A stretch of 64,000 bases of DNA, from the NCBI GenBank assembly GCA_046303115.1, contig JBKCGZ010000166.1, positions 6,389 to 70,388 on the forward strand, given 5' to 3'. The translations under genes were made by a program, and so were the position numbers. The notes under the pieces are model-generated. The model was not told the origin of the DNA. It did no database searches and saw only the letters and a list, made by a program, of their open reading frames with translations. Each line of letters opens with the position of its first letter. The first letter of the stretch is position 1. The stretch is from Bacteroidota bacterium (GTDB taxonomy: Bacteria > Bacteroidota > Bacteroidia > AKYH767-A > OLB10). Shown one piece after another: positions 1 to 10,329 of the stretch.

Positions 1-612
1 GCGTATTGCACTAAATCGGGATTTACCTTTTCAACGAATGGTATTTTATTATACTTCGTAATAACCAACTCCCAGTTTTTGGTAGCTCCTACTTTATCTA
101 ATGATGTTTTTATAATTGGCTTGAAGGCCTCAACCAACATCGCTCTCGATTTCGCTTTCAAATATTCGGTTCCCGCATTATCAGCCCCTTTCACGATATT
201 AATTGCATCAGAAATGGTCATTTCCGAAATTACTTTGGTGAATATGTCTTTTGCAGATGAACCTGCATCTTCAGCGGCACGATTAACAGATAAAATTACA
301 TCATCGCATTCTTTGTTTAAACCAATGCTTCGTAATTTATCTTCAATCTTCTTGGCATCTGGAGGAAAAGGGATTTTGATTTTAGGATTTCCGAAATAGC
401 CATCCAATTTCGATACAGTTGCTGATCCATTCACAGCTCCTTTACTTAAGGCTTCTTTAAGAGCTTTACCTGCTTCTTCTTCAGTAAAACCTTTAGGAGT
501 TGATGGCAATGTAAGTTTCTTTTCTGCTTTCTTTTTTAAATCGTTAAAATTTTGCGCAGATACAGAAACGACTATTAAAAGGAATACCAGCGAGCATGTA
601 ATAGTTTTCATA
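1..612 (-). CDS. DUF4197-family secreted protein; partial, with the ORF start in the window and the 3' end beyond the window edge
   Basis: Reverse-strand ATG at 612..610. Translation MKTITCSLVFLLIVVSVSAQ... (signal peptide), then ...EAGKALKEALSKGAVNGSATVSKLDGYFGNPKIKIPFPPDA... typical of DUF4197. The ORF is open to position 1, which is why it is absent from the ORF track. Confidence 0.5.
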
Positions 613-690
613 TTTTGATTTTAATCTAAAACGTAAGAATTGCAATATTAATATATAGCTGCTTAAAAAGAGTTACTAAAAATTATTATT

Positions 691-716
691 CCATAAAAAA
701 GGGACTTGCGTCCCTT
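691..716 (-). terminator. Rho-independent terminator downstream of rpoD
   Basis: Hairpin aagggac-ttgc-gtccctt at 699..716. On the minus strand it is followed by TTTTTTATGG, the complement of 691..698. It lies immediately 3' of the rpoD stop. Confidence 0.5.
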
Positions 717-722
717 AACTTT

Positions 723-1586
723 TTACAAATATGATTTCAAAAACTTGTTACTTCTATTACTTTTTAGTTTTCGAAGAGCACCTTCCTTAATCTGACGAAC
801 ACGTTCTCTAGTCAATTGTACTTTAATACTGATCTCATCCAGCGACATGTTATGTGTATATCCGATACCGAAAAACATTTTTACAATCTGAACTTCTTTA
901 GGTGACAATACATTTAAATAACGATTGATGTCTTCTGTCATTGATTCCTGCATCATTACAGTATCTGTATTAACAGAATCGTTTCCATCTAATATATCCA
1001 ATAGGGTACTACTATCTTCACTAGTATCAAGCGGTGCATCAAAAGAAACTGGCCTTGCTGAAACACGCATCACATCATTAATATGATTAGTTGAAAAATT
1101 TAAAACCTGTGCTAATTCTTCTGCGCTTGGCTCTCGCTGAAAATCTTGTTCTAATTTTGAAAATGACTTACGAACTTTATTTAGTGTCCCTATCTGATTC
1201 AAGGGCAAACGGACTAAACGAGATTGCTCAGCAATAGCTTGTAAAATACTTTGACGAATCCACCAAACTGCATAAGAAATAAACTTAAATCCTTTAGTTT
1301 CGTCAAATCGCTGAGCCGCTTTAATTAAACCCAAATTACCTTCATTAATAAGATCGGGTAATCCGAGTCCTTGATTTTGATATTGTTTGGCAACAGAAAC
1401 CACAAAACGTAAATTAGCTCTTGTCAAACGATCAAGCGCATCAGCATCTCCATTTCTGATTTTCTGAGCTAACACCACCTCTTCTTGCGGGGTTATCATT
1501 TGCTCTTTACTAATGTCATGAAGGTACTTTTCTAAACTAGCACTTTCCCTGTTTGTGATGGATTGGGTAATTTTTAGTTGTCTCAT
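723..1586 (-). CDS. rpoD: RNA polymerase primary sigma factor sigma-A (short Bacteroidota-type sigma-70)
   Basis: 287 aa. Regions 2-4 are clear: RLTRANLRFVVSVAKQY, GNLGLIKAAQRFDETKGFKFISYAVWWIRQ, and the C-terminal region-4 HTH LDEISIKVQLTRERVRQIKEGALRKL. Confidence 0.93.
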   Translation of the reverse strand: MRQLKITQSITNRESASLEKYLHDISKEQMITPQEEVVLAQKIRNGDADALDRLTRANLRFVVSVAKQYQNQGLGLPDLINEGNLGLIKAAQRFDETKGFKFISYAVWWIRQSILQAIAEQSRLVRLPLNQIGTLNKVRKSFSKLEQDFQREPSAEELAQVLNFSTNHINDVMRVSARPVSFDAPLDTSEDSSTLLDILDGNDSVNTDTVMMQESMTEDINRYLNVLSPKEVQIVKMFFGIGYTHNMSLDEISIKVQLTRERVRQIKEGALRKLKSNRSNKFLKSYL

Positions 1587-1811
1587 GGTAAGGGTATGTT
1601 AAGGGTTAGAATTATTCTGTAAAAAACTACACTGCAACTATTGACTATCAGTTAGTGCGAAACGAGATACTAAAGTTGCAACAGCTTTCAAACGAGTCAT
1701 GAAGAATAATATTTTAACAATTATTAAAATACTTTGCATAAATCATCTTTTCACTCAATAAAACACACTCATTAGCGTTTTTGTTTTGATAATTTGAATA
1801 CCTTCGTTGTA

Positions 1812-2471
1812 ATGAAAAAACACACCTTTTACTTTCTTTTTTTAATGACTATTCCACTCTTAGGAATGGCGCAAAAAAAAGCAGAACAAAAAAATCCACT
1901 GATTCAATTTTCAGGAGTAGTTGTCAGTAGCGATTCATTACAACCAATTCCTTACGCTGCTGTGACAATTCACAAGTCAGGCAGAGGAACAATAACCGAT
2001 TTCTATGGCTTCTTTTCTTTCGTTGCAAAGAAAGGCGACACTATCGATTTTCATTATATCGGATACAAGCCAGTATTATTTATTATTCCAGATACCTTAA
2101 AAGAAGATCGATATTCACTGATTCAAGTCATGAATCGTGATACCATCTTATTGAAAGAAGCCGTTGTTTACCCATGGCCGTCAAAAGAAGAATTCAAAAG
2201 AGCTTTCTTAGAACTTAAAATTCCCGATGATGATTTAAAAAGAGCTGAAAAGAATTTACAGCTTGCAGAGATTAAAACTATTCAGGAAACGGTGGCCTAT
2301 GATGGTGCTATTAATTACCAATATCAATTGCAGCAAAAACAATCCAAGCTATACAGCGCTGGACAATATCCTCAAAACAATTTATTCAATCCAATTGCCT
2401 GGGCAGCTTTTATTAAAGCCTGGAAAGATGGTAGCCTGAAAAAGAAAGACGAACCTAAGATTGATGATTAA
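1812..2471 (+). CDS. CarboxypepD_reg-like domain protein, signal peptide (the ORF track starts at TTG 1794; ATG 1812 is preferred)
   Basis: MKKHTFYFLFLMTIPLLGMAQ signal. FSGVVVSSDSLQPIPYAAVTIHKSGRGTITDFYGFFSF matches the carboxypeptidase-regulatory-like fold seen N-terminal to SusC-type and TonB-dependent proteins. Confidence 0.55.
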   Translation: MKKHTFYFLFLMTIPLLGMAQKKAEQKNPLIQFSGVVVSSDSLQPIPYAAVTIHKSGRGTITDFYGFFSFVAKKGDTIDFHYIGYKPVLFIIPDTLKEDRYSLIQVMNRDTILLKEAVVYPWPSKEEFKRAFLELKIPDDDLKRAEKNLQLAEIKTIQETVAYDGAINYQYQLQQKQSKLYSAGQYPQNNLFNPIAWAAFIKAWKDGSLKKKDEPKIDD

Positions 2472-5007
2472 AAGAATGATTCGCCAGTTATCCTTTTTCA
2501 GAGTTTTCTTCATTAGCCTTCTAACATTATTAGCTAGTAATGTTAAAGGTCAAGATGGGATTATTAAAGGTTTTGTTAGCGACTCCTTGCGTAAGCCAAT
2601 CGAGGCCTGTAATGTTTCTATACAAGGAGAATCAAACGGAACGATTACGGATACTCGCGGTCGTTATGAATTAAAAGTTACTCCTTACAAAGAATTAACT
2701 GTTGTATATAGTTTTTTAGGATTCGCTCCACAGAAGTATACTATCAAATTAACGCCGGGAGAAATAAAAGAACTGAATGTTCAACTGCAATCAACCGTAA
2801 AAATGTTGGGACCAGTAAATGTATCTGGAGAGAAAAGCAGGGATTTATTAATGACCCCTATTCAACCTAAGACATTAGAATTAATGCCAAGCGCGAGTGG
2901 GAACTTTGAGGGCTCGCTAAAAACATTCCCTGGTGTTGTATCAAACAATGAACTATCATCTACCTATTCTGTTCGTGGTGGTTCGTTTGATGAAAATCTG
3001 GTTTATGTAAATGATGTAGAAATCTATCGTCCATTTTTAACGCGTAGTGGACAACAAGAAGGTTTGAGTTTCATCAACTCCGATTTAATTGCCAATATCA
3101 ATTTTAGCTCTGGAGGATTTAACGCGACGTACAGTGATAAGCTATCATCTGTACTTGATATTGAATATCGAAAACCTGAAAGCTTTGCAGGTTCTGCTTA
3201 TGTAAGTTTTTTAGGAGCGGGATTTCATCTTGAAGGAATATCAAAAAATGAAAAGTTTACATGGCTTACTGGTTTCCGTCAGAAGTCAAATCAATTTTTA
3301 CTAAAGAACTTAGACACTCGCGGAGAATATCGCCCATCGTTCACCGATTTACAATCTTTATTCAATTATAAATTCACAGACCGCACTTCCCTATCCTTCT
3401 TAGGTAATATTTCCATCAATGACTATCGAGTAATTCCAACAACACGTGAAACTGAATTTGGTAATATTAATGAAGCACTAAAGTTTACTGTTTACTTCGG
3501 AGGACAAGAACAAAACGCCTACTCTACTTCGCAAAGCGCATTGACATTAAACCATCGTGTGAATGATCATTTAAATTTGAAATTTATTGGAGCAGGATTT
3601 ATCACGAAGGAAAAAGAATTCTTTGATATACTTGGTGAATATTTCATTGATGAGTTAGACAAAGATTTAGGATCATCCAACTTTGGTAACGTTGCCTTTA
3701 ACAGAGGTATTGGTGCATTTCTGGACCATGCAAGAAATGAATTACAGGCAAGTGTAACTAGCTTTGAACATAAAGGAACGTATGTTCAGTCGAAGTATAA
3801 CTTTAAGTGGGGAGTAAAAGCGCAGCACGAAGAAATAAGTGACAATATTGACGAATGGCAGTATCGTGACTCCGCCGATTTTTCAATTGTACATCCGCAA
3901 GACAATCCAGGCGACTCTGTTGATTTTACCCAACAGATAGTATTGAATAATGTGATTAAAAATAAAATTAATTTAAATTCTAATCGCTTTAGCGGATTTT
4001 TAAATAGTACATGGCAGTTAGATAGCAGCTTTACATTACTTGCCGGTGTTCGTGCAACCTATTGGGATTTTAATCAAGAATTAAATATTAGTCCAAGAGC
4101 ATCGATTGAATACCGACCTAAAGGCAATAAGTATTTAAAACTAAGAGCAGCTAGTGGAGTGTATTATCAACCTCCCTTCTATAGAGAACTAAGAGGGCTG
4201 GATGGAAAAATCAATCCTGATGTTAAGGCACAACAATCCATTCATTTTATTGTTGGTGGCGACTATCAATTTTTATCATGGGGACGAGAATTTAAATTAA
4301 CGGCTGAAGCTTATTACAAAAAAATGAGCAACTTAAATCCATATAAATTGGAGAACACGCGATTACGTTATCTGGCTAAAAATAATGCCAACGGATATGC
4401 AACAGGGTTAGACTTAAGGGTAAATGGAGAATTTGTCAGTGGTATAGAAAGTTGGGCTTCATTGTCATTCTTAAAAACGGAAGAAGATTTAAATGATGAT
4501 GGCTATTATAAATACTATAATTCAGAAGGTGATTTAATTGTTCCTGGTTATACTTACAACAACATTGCTGTAGACAGTCAGTTTGTAACACCAGGAAATA
4601 TTCCCCGCCCTACCGATCAGCGTGTGACTTTTAGTTTATTCTTCCAGGACTACCTACCAAAAAATCCAACCGTTCGTATGCACATGACGTTAGTATTTGG
4701 AACTGGATTACCATTTGGCCCTCCGGGAAACGATCGTTACAAAGATATTTTAAGAGCACCAACCTATCGAAGAGTTGACATAGGATTTTCTAAGATTCTT
4801 ATTGATGAAGACAAGCCAAACACGAGCCGTTTAAAAGTAATCAGCAAGTTGAAATCGTTATCCTTAAGTTTAGAAGTTTTCAATTTATTACAGGTAAGCA
4901 ATACCATTTCATACACATGGATTACCGATGTTACGGGTCGACAGTATGGAATTCCAAATTACTTAACCTCGCGATTACTGAACTTAAAATTGCAAGCTAA
5001 ATTTTAA
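2464..5007 (+). CDS. TonB-dependent outer-membrane receptor with N-terminal CarboxypepD_reg domain
   Basis: 848 aa. Signal peptide, then IIKGFVSDSLRKPIEACNVSIQGESNGTITDTRGRYEL (CarboxypepD_reg), a plug-like region, and a long beta-barrel. Starts 4 nt after a TTG and overlaps the upstream gene. Confidence 0.75.
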   Translation: MIKRMIRQLSFFRVFFISLLTLLASNVKGQDGIIKGFVSDSLRKPIEACNVSIQGESNGTITDTRGRYELKVTPYKELTVVYSFLGFAPQKYTIKLTPGEIKELNVQLQSTVKMLGPVNVSGEKSRDLLMTPIQPKTLELMPSASGNFEGSLKTFPGVVSNNELSSTYSVRGGSFDENLVYVNDVEIYRPFLTRSGQQEGLSFINSDLIANINFSSGGFNATYSDKLSSVLDIEYRKPESFAGSAYVSFLGAGFHLEGISKNEKFTWLTGFRQKSNQFLLKNLDTRGEYRPSFTDLQSLFNYKFTDRTSLSFLGNISINDYRVIPTTRETEFGNINEALKFTVYFGGQEQNAYSTSQSALTLNHRVNDHLNLKFIGAGFITKEKEFFDILGEYFIDELDKDLGSSNFGNVAFNRGIGAFLDHARNELQASVTSFEHKGTYVQSKYNFKWGVKAQHEEISDNIDEWQYRDSADFSIVHPQDNPGDSVDFTQQIVLNNVIKNKINLNSNRFSGFLNSTWQLDSSFTLLAGVRATYWDFNQELNISPRASIEYRPKGNKYLKLRAASGVYYQPPFYRELRGLDGKINPDVKAQQSIHFIVGGDYQFLSWGREFKLTAEAYYKKMSNLNPYKLENTRLRYLAKNNANGYATGLDLRVNGEFVSGIESWASLSFLKTEEDLNDDGYYKYYNSEGDLIVPGYTYNNIAVDSQFVTPGNIPRPTDQRVTFSLFFQDYLPKNPTVRMHMTLVFGTGLPFGPPGNDRYKDILRAPTYRRVDIGFSKILIDEDKPNTSRLKVISKLKSLSLSLEVFNLLQVSNTISYTWITDVTGRQYGIPNYLTSRLLNLKLQAKF

Positions 5008-5012
5008 AGCGT

Positions 5013-5351
5013 ATGTCGAATAAGAATAAAGGCAAATCAGGATTAGTTTATTCTACCAATCCGAATTTTCAATATCAGGAAGAAGAAAATAATCAAGAAA
5101 CGTTACCACCGCAACAGCAATCATTAAAAATCTGGTTAGAACGAAAAGGCGGTGGAAAAATGGTGACAGTTGTAAAAGGATTCATTGGTTCTGATGATGA
5201 TTTAGAATCTCTTGGCAAAATGCTTAAAAGTAAATGTGGTGTTGGCGGAACAGCGAAAGATGGAGAAGTTTTGATTCAAGGTGATCACAGAGAAAAAGTA
5301 CTTGCATTGCTTATTCAAAACGGATATCAAGCAAAGAAAGCTGGTGGGTAA
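5013..5351 (+). CDS. yciH: SUI1/YciH-family translation initiation factor
   Basis: 112 aa. ...LKIWLERKGGGKMVTVVKGF...SLGKMLKSKCGVGGTAKDGEVLIQGDHREKV is a typical eIF1/SUI1 fold sequence. Confidence 0.85.
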   Translation: MSNKNKGKSGLVYSTNPNFQYQEEENNQETLPPQQQSLKIWLERKGGGKMVTVVKGFIGSDDDLESLGKMLKSKCGVGGTAKDGEVLIQGDHREKVLALLIQNGYQAKKAGG

Positions 5352-5352
5352 T

Positions 5353-6186
5353 TTATTTTAAAACTACCTGATAGAAATTATGTTGCTCCAGCCCTTCATA
5401 ATTTTTAATAGAAGAAAAACAAAAAGCGTTTTTAGAAATCCACGAAAGAGATTCAATATATTGTTTCTTTAAGTTGATTACTGTTGATAAGTCGAGACAA
5501 TAAGACTTCTTGTTTTTCACCACTTTTATAATGATTACTTCAGATTCTTTTTCTTCGTAAAACGCACTTGAATAACTAATAATATAATTGGTTGATTTAT
5601 TTGGCAAATAACCATTACTCCCTTCATCATAAGAGGATAAATCCTGTATCATATCACCAGAATTTATATCAATTAAATTGGTAGTTGAATAGGCTCCGTT
5701 AACATCTACAGTACTTACAATTGCTAAATTTAATTTAGGAATCATTCCCCAGTATGAAGGTAACACGCCATTAATTATTGTTGTATCACCTTTAACATTT
5801 TCCTGCTCACCTTCGATTTCTTTCGAAGAAAATAAATAGTAAAAACTATTACCCTTGATTATAAGTTCAGAATCGGATACGACATTTATTGCTGGATAAT
5901 TAGTTGTTGTATCAACGAAAAATTCCGCTTTGCTCATAAGCGAAGTAAATTGAATTGAATCAATAGAAAAAATAGTAAACGATTTATTATCGGCTTCAAT
6001 TAACTCATCTCTGTCGATATCCAAATCAATTAATACAGGATCATTTTCAAAAAGGCAAGTCGCATCAAGTCTTAATGAAGAGTTATTTCTTCGCTGACTA
6101 AATGCAAATGAATTAATCAGCATTAAGAATAAAAAGACAATACTAATTTTTCGATGCATCAATGATTTGCTGATAACACCTTTCAT
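5353..6186 (-). CDS. Hypothetical secreted protein (signal peptide)
   Basis: 277 aa. N-terminal KISIVFLFLMLINSFAFSQ signal. No recognisable catalytic motif. The 5' end overlaps the bshA stop by about 44 nt. Confidence 0.4.
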   Translation of the reverse strand: MKGVISKSLMHRKISIVFLFLMLINSFAFSQRRNNSSLRLDATCLFENDPVLIDLDIDRDELIEADNKSFTIFSIDSIQFTSLMSKAEFFVDTTTNYPAINVVSDSELIIKGNSFYYLFSSKEIEGEQENVKGDTTIINGVLPSYWGMIPKLNLAIVSTVDVNGAYSTTNLIDINSGDMIQDLSSYDEGSNGYLPNKSTNYIISYSSAFYEEKESEVIIIKVVKNKKSYCLDLSTVINLKKQYIESLSWISKNAFCFSSIKNYEGLEQHNFYQVVLK

Positions 6187-7276
6187 AAAACGGCATAATA
6201 TGATGAATATCGAAAGCCTTAGCTTGCTTCAATGCGGCTTGCCTGAACTCTGCTAATTTTTTATCATCGGTTAAAATAGCAAGTGCATTCGCAGCCATAT
6301 CATCAACATCACCAACGTTACTCATATAACCAGTCACACCATTAATATTTAACTCTGGCATGCCACCCGAATTGGATGAAATAACAGGAACCTGACAAGC
6401 CATGGCTTCGAGTGCAGCTAATCCAAAACTTTCCGTTTCCGAAGGCATCACAAACAAATCAGCAATAGATAACACCTCTTCTACCATTTCCTGCTTTCCT
6501 AAAAAGCGGACATCATTATAAAATCCTTTCTCACGAGTAAGCTCTTCAATTTTATGTCGCTCAGGACCATCACCAATCATGATTAACTTAGCAGGAATCT
6601 TTGAGCGAACTCTGTCAAAAACTTCCACTACATCTTGCACCCTTTTAACTTTTCTAAAGTTAGAAGTATGAACAATTAGTTTTTCATTATCAGGAGTAAT
6701 TGCTTTTCTAAAATGATCCTTTCTTGACTTAGCAAATCGTTTTAAGTCAATGAAGTTTGGAATAACTTCAATGTCTTTACTAATTTTAAAATTAGCATAG
6801 GTATCACGTTTCAAACTTTCAGAAACCGCAGTAACACCATCAGAATGATTAATAGCGAATGTTACAACAGGCTCATAACTTGAATCCTTACCAACAAGGG
6901 TTATATCGGTACCGTGAAGCGTTGTTACAATCGGCAAATACAAACCATGTGTTTTTAAGATCTGCTGCGCCATATAAGCTACAGACGCGTGCGGGATCGC
7001 ATAATGTACGTGAAGAATGTCTAACTTTTCATGTAATGCTACATCGACTAATTTGCTTGTTAACGCAGATTCGTAAGGTATGTAATCAAATAAAGCATAA
7101 GGTGTCGCGGTAACTTCGTGATAGAAAATGTTCTCCTTAAATCCATCTAAACGAACTGGCTGACTATACGTAATAAAATGAATCTGATGACCTTTTTCTG
7201 CGAGGGCCTTTCCCAATTCAGTAGCGACTACTCCACTACCACCAAAAGTTGGATAACAAACAATGCCTATATTCAT
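6143..7276 (-). CDS. bshA: N-acetyl-alpha-D-glucosaminyl L-malate synthase (GT4 glycosyltransferase, bacillithiol biosynthesis)
   Basis: 377 aa. MNIGIVCYPTFGGSGVVATELGKALAEKGHQIHFITY is a BshA-type N-terminus. The GT4 C-domain carries ESFGLAALEAMACQVPVISSNSGGMPE (E-x7-E). Confidence 0.85.
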   Translation of the reverse strand: MNIGIVCYPTFGGSGVVATELGKALAEKGHQIHFITYSQPVRLDGFKENIFYHEVTATPYALFDYIPYESALTSKLVDVALHEKLDILHVHYAIPHASVAYMAQQILKTHGLYLPIVTTLHGTDITLVGKDSSYEPVVTFAINHSDGVTAVSESLKRDTYANFKISKDIEVIPNFIDLKRFAKSRKDHFRKAITPDNEKLIVHTSNFRKVKRVQDVVEVFDRVRSKIPAKLIMIGDGPERHKIEELTREKGFYNDVRFLGKQEMVEEVLSIADLFVMPSETESFGLAALEAMACQVPVISSNSGGMPELNINGVTGYMSNVGDVDDMAANALAILTDDKKLAEFRQAALKQAKAFDIHHIMPFYERCYQQIIDASKN

Positions 7277-7338
7277 AAAACAAAGTTAAATAATTAAGTG
7301 AGAAAAATGTCAACAATAAGAAGTGACAAATGTTTCTT

Positions 7339-10275
7339 CTACTTTGAAAATGCTTTGTAGAAAATCTCCATAATATCCGTTCGGACATTCTTCTTTGCTA
7401 GCATCGTATTTTCAGCATCTGGATAAACCCTGTTCGAAAGAAACACAAACAAGAAATCATTCTTCGGATCCGCCCATACGCATGTACCTGTAAATCCTGT
7501 ATGTCCGAAGGTCATTTCTGAAGCACTTCTCGCTGCCGGACTCGACTTTTCTTTATTCATTTCCGCTTTATCAAAAATTAATCCTCTACGATTACTTGTA
7601 TTAGGTCCTGCTTGCGTAGTGAATAACTGAATCGTTTCTTTTTTCAAATAACGTTTCCCATCATACGATCCACCATTCATTAACATTTTAAATATAATAG
7701 CTAATGACTCTGCATTAGAAAACAAGCCTGCATGTCCTGCTACACCACCCATCATTGCTGCACCTGGATCATGGACAGTACCACGCACAACGCATTTGCG
7801 GAATAACTTATCATCTTCTGTTGGAGCGATTGTATTGATATCCGTTTTTTCGTGAGGATTAAATTGCATTTTCCATAAGCCCATTGGCTTATAAAAATTA
7901 TTCGTTACATATTCATCAATCGAAACTCCGCTGATATGCTCAATGACTTTCTGTAAAATAATCATGCTTAAATCAGAGTATACCATATTGCCAGGGGCTT
8001 TCACTTCGGACTCAATGATCTGTTTCCACATTTCTGATTTATAATTATCGCTGATGTATAAACTATCTGCAACCTTAGATGAAAATCCTTCCGACTTTTC
8101 CTTCTTATAAATACAAGAGTCTAAACCGTATTCACGCTCTGTACTTTTCCAAAATGCGATGAAGGGTTGTAAGCCTGCTTCATGCATCATTAACTGACGG
8201 ATGGTAATATCCTTTTTGTTTGTATTCTTAAGTTCTGTTAGATATTTACTTGCTTTCGCATCGAGATCTAATTTGTTTTTCTCATATAAATGCATTGCGC
8301 ACAAACTTGTTGAAGCTACCTTGGTTATTGATGCAATATCATACAAATCACTATTGGCAACTACATGCGTACTATCATAAGTGAAATGCCCGTATGATTT
8401 ATCGAACACCACTTTATTACCTACAGCAAACAATATCTGACATCCAGGAGTTACCTTACTTTTAATTGCACTATTGACAATTGAATCAATCGAATTAAAT
8501 TTCGACGAATTAACATTCAATGCTTCAGGAAAAGTATAACTATAAACATCATTTGTGGCTGACTTAATTCCGTCGCCAATACAAACATTATCCTCAATAG
8601 AAACTGAAAGATGTCCATTAAAAGAAGACGCTCCAAATATTTTCTGAGCCGTTAATTGTACAGGGTAATAAGTATCTTCAAATCCTTCAATCAATACTTT
8701 TACATGATCCGTCTTTTTTAATTTAGATAACACATAGGCATTACCGAAAACACATAAAATGGTATTATGCTGACTATTTAATTTCTCTACAGCCTCTAAT
8801 ACATCCGAAGATAAATTATAGTTTTTATGAGCATGGATTGTTGTATTATGAACACTTACAATGACACGATCATAATCTTTTAACTTAGTGATCAGCTTAT
8901 CCAACTCACGACTTGATACATCACGTTGAAATGCGAAGCAATCAACTTTTGCATACTTCAACAATTCAGATTGAAACACATTGTTGACGGTATCATTTAA
9001 AACGATAGACGCTATTTTTTGATTCTCATGAATTCGAATTGGAATTATATGATTGTTGTTTTTCAAAAGTGTTACTGCGTTTTCATATAAAGCATATGAT
9101 GTGTACTCGGAACTTGAATTATTTAAATCCTCTATTAGGTTCGCTAGATTAATAGGGGTATAATTATTAAGTCCTGTCCAGTACTTAGCCATTAAAATTT
9201 TACGAACGCGATTATTTAAATCTGACTCCGCAATTGTGCTATCAGCGACTGCGCTGCTAATTCTTTCAATACCTTTATCGATGTGATCAGAATATAACAA
9301 CACGTCATTACCAGCAAGGAATGCTTTTAATTCTAATTCACCTGGCTCGAAATAATCAGCTACACCTTTCATATTTAATGCATCGGTAAAAACTAATCCA
9401 TTAAACCCTTCATTGCCTTTTAATAAACTATCTACTACTAATGGTGATAAGCTACATGCTTTTTTACCCATAGAATCTAGAGCAGGAACATACAAATGAG
9501 CCACCATCACCGAAGCAACTCCCTTTTTAATAAGTTGACGAAAAGGATAAAGCTCTACCGAATCAAGCTGTAAAGAATCGGCAGTTACCAATGGTAAAAC
9601 ATAATGTGAATCGGTACTTGTATTACCATGACCCGGAAAATGTTTTGCGCAAGCTAATACATGTTCTGACTGCATGCCCAACATATATTCCATTCCAAAC
9701 ATTGTTACCTCTTCACGACGTTCACCAAAAGAACGATTGCAAATAATAGGATTTGAAGGATTTGTATTGATATCAACGGATGGTGCAAAATTAATTTGAA
9801 TTCCTAGTCGTTTACAGTTTTGAGCTATCGCCTTCCCCATTACATTTGCTAAGTATGGATTTCCAGATGCGGCAAGTGTCATTTGTCGTGGATATCTAAC
9901 GGTACTGTCTAACCGCATTTGCAATCCCCATTCGCCATCAATTCCAATCATCAATGGTATTTTTACTTTAGCTTGAAGATTATTGGTTAAAACAGCCTGG
10001 CGATAAGGAGTTCCTTTAAAGAAAATTATTCCACCTAATTTATACTTTGAAACTTTCTCTGCAATATCTTTCTCATAGCCAGCATCTCGGTTAGAAAAGA
10101 CATTAATCATAAAAAGCTGTCCTACTTTTTCATCAGTCGACATTGTTGCAAGGACGGAATCTGCCCAATGCGCACCATCAGCAGAATAATAAGCCGGAGT
10201 ATATTTTATTTTTTGAGCATAAATAGCATTAACTGACCAACTCAGTAAAAGGAAAATAAAATATCGAATCCTCAA
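7339..10275 (-). CDS. Bifunctional GH3 beta-N-acetylhexosaminidase (NagZ-like) / beta-lactamase-family serine hydrolase; apparent TTG start
   Basis: 978 aa. Signal peptide. GH3 N-domain motif KHFPGHGNTSTDSHYVLP. C-terminal serine-hydrolase domain with the S-x-x-K motif DIASITKVASTSLCAM. Confidence 0.85.
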   Translation of the reverse strand: MRIRYFIFLLLSWSVNAIYAQKIKYTPAYYSADGAHWADSVLATMSTDEKVGQLFMINVFSNRDAGYEKDIAEKVSKYKLGGIIFFKGTPYRQAVLTNNLQAKVKIPLMIGIDGEWGLQMRLDSTVRYPRQMTLAASGNPYLANVMGKAIAQNCKRLGIQINFAPSVDINTNPSNPIICNRSFGERREEVTMFGMEYMLGMQSEHVLACAKHFPGHGNTSTDSHYVLPLVTADSLQLDSVELYPFRQLIKKGVASVMVAHLYVPALDSMGKKACSLSPLVVDSLLKGNEGFNGLVFTDALNMKGVADYFEPGELELKAFLAGNDVLLYSDHIDKGIERISSAVADSTIAESDLNNRVRKILMAKYWTGLNNYTPINLANLIEDLNNSSSEYTSYALYENAVTLLKNNNHIIPIRIHENQKIASIVLNDTVNNVFQSELLKYAKVDCFAFQRDVSSRELDKLITKLKDYDRVIVSVHNTTIHAHKNYNLSSDVLEAVEKLNSQHNTILCVFGNAYVLSKLKKTDHVKVLIEGFEDTYYPVQLTAQKIFGASSFNGHLSVSIEDNVCIGDGIKSATNDVYSYTFPEALNVNSSKFNSIDSIVNSAIKSKVTPGCQILFAVGNKVVFDKSYGHFTYDSTHVVANSDLYDIASITKVASTSLCAMHLYEKNKLDLDAKASKYLTELKNTNKKDITIRQLMMHEAGLQPFIAFWKSTEREYGLDSCIYKKEKSEGFSSKVADSLYISDNYKSEMWKQIIESEVKAPGNMVYSDLSMIILQKVIEHISGVSIDEYVTNNFYKPMGLWKMQFNPHEKTDINTIAPTEDDKLFRKCVVRGTVHDPGAAMMGGVAGHAGLFSNAESLAIIFKMLMNGGSYDGKRYLKKETIQLFTTQAGPNTSNRRGLIFDKAEMNKEKSSPAARSASEMTFGHTGFTGTCVWADPKNDFLFVFLSNRVYPDAENTMLAKKNVRTDIMEIFYKAFSK

Positions 10276-10329
10276 TGTAAGGCGTGTTAACTAATTAAAT
10301 ACTGAATAGAAAACTTAATTCATTAAAAT

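Noticed and set aside
79-399. 106-aa plus-strand ORF
   Set aside because: It lies antisense inside the better-supported minus-strand DUF4197 gene (1..612), which has a signal peptide and a conserved motif. There is no coding signal of its own.
1587-1811. Promoter calls in the rpoD/TBDR divergent region
   Set aside because: It contains an imperfect inverted repeat (ctgcaact...agttgcaa) and TTTG-containing segments. A Bacteroidota -33/-7 promoter cannot be assigned reliably by eye.
6859-7113. 84-aa ORF antisense within bshA, together with similar antisense ORFs at 11654..11851, 12728..12913, 13073..13255, 13642..13950, 14148..14387, 14521..14790, 14885..15229, 15811..16146, 17471..18004, 21036..21257, 22058..22267, 26281..26496, 26818..27066, 27168..27397, 27439..27648, 28531..28755, 29452..29643, 30510..30755, 31143..31382, 34997..35182, 39887..40093, 42131..42415, 44220..44495, 45011..45202, 45434..45940, 46073..46273, 49764..50237, 55751..56008, 56342..56527, 57973..58194, 59710..59916, 62990..63175 and 63402..63617
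   Set aside because: All are embedded in or antisense to strongly supported genes. They are typical shadow ORFs of AT-rich DNA and show no motifs.
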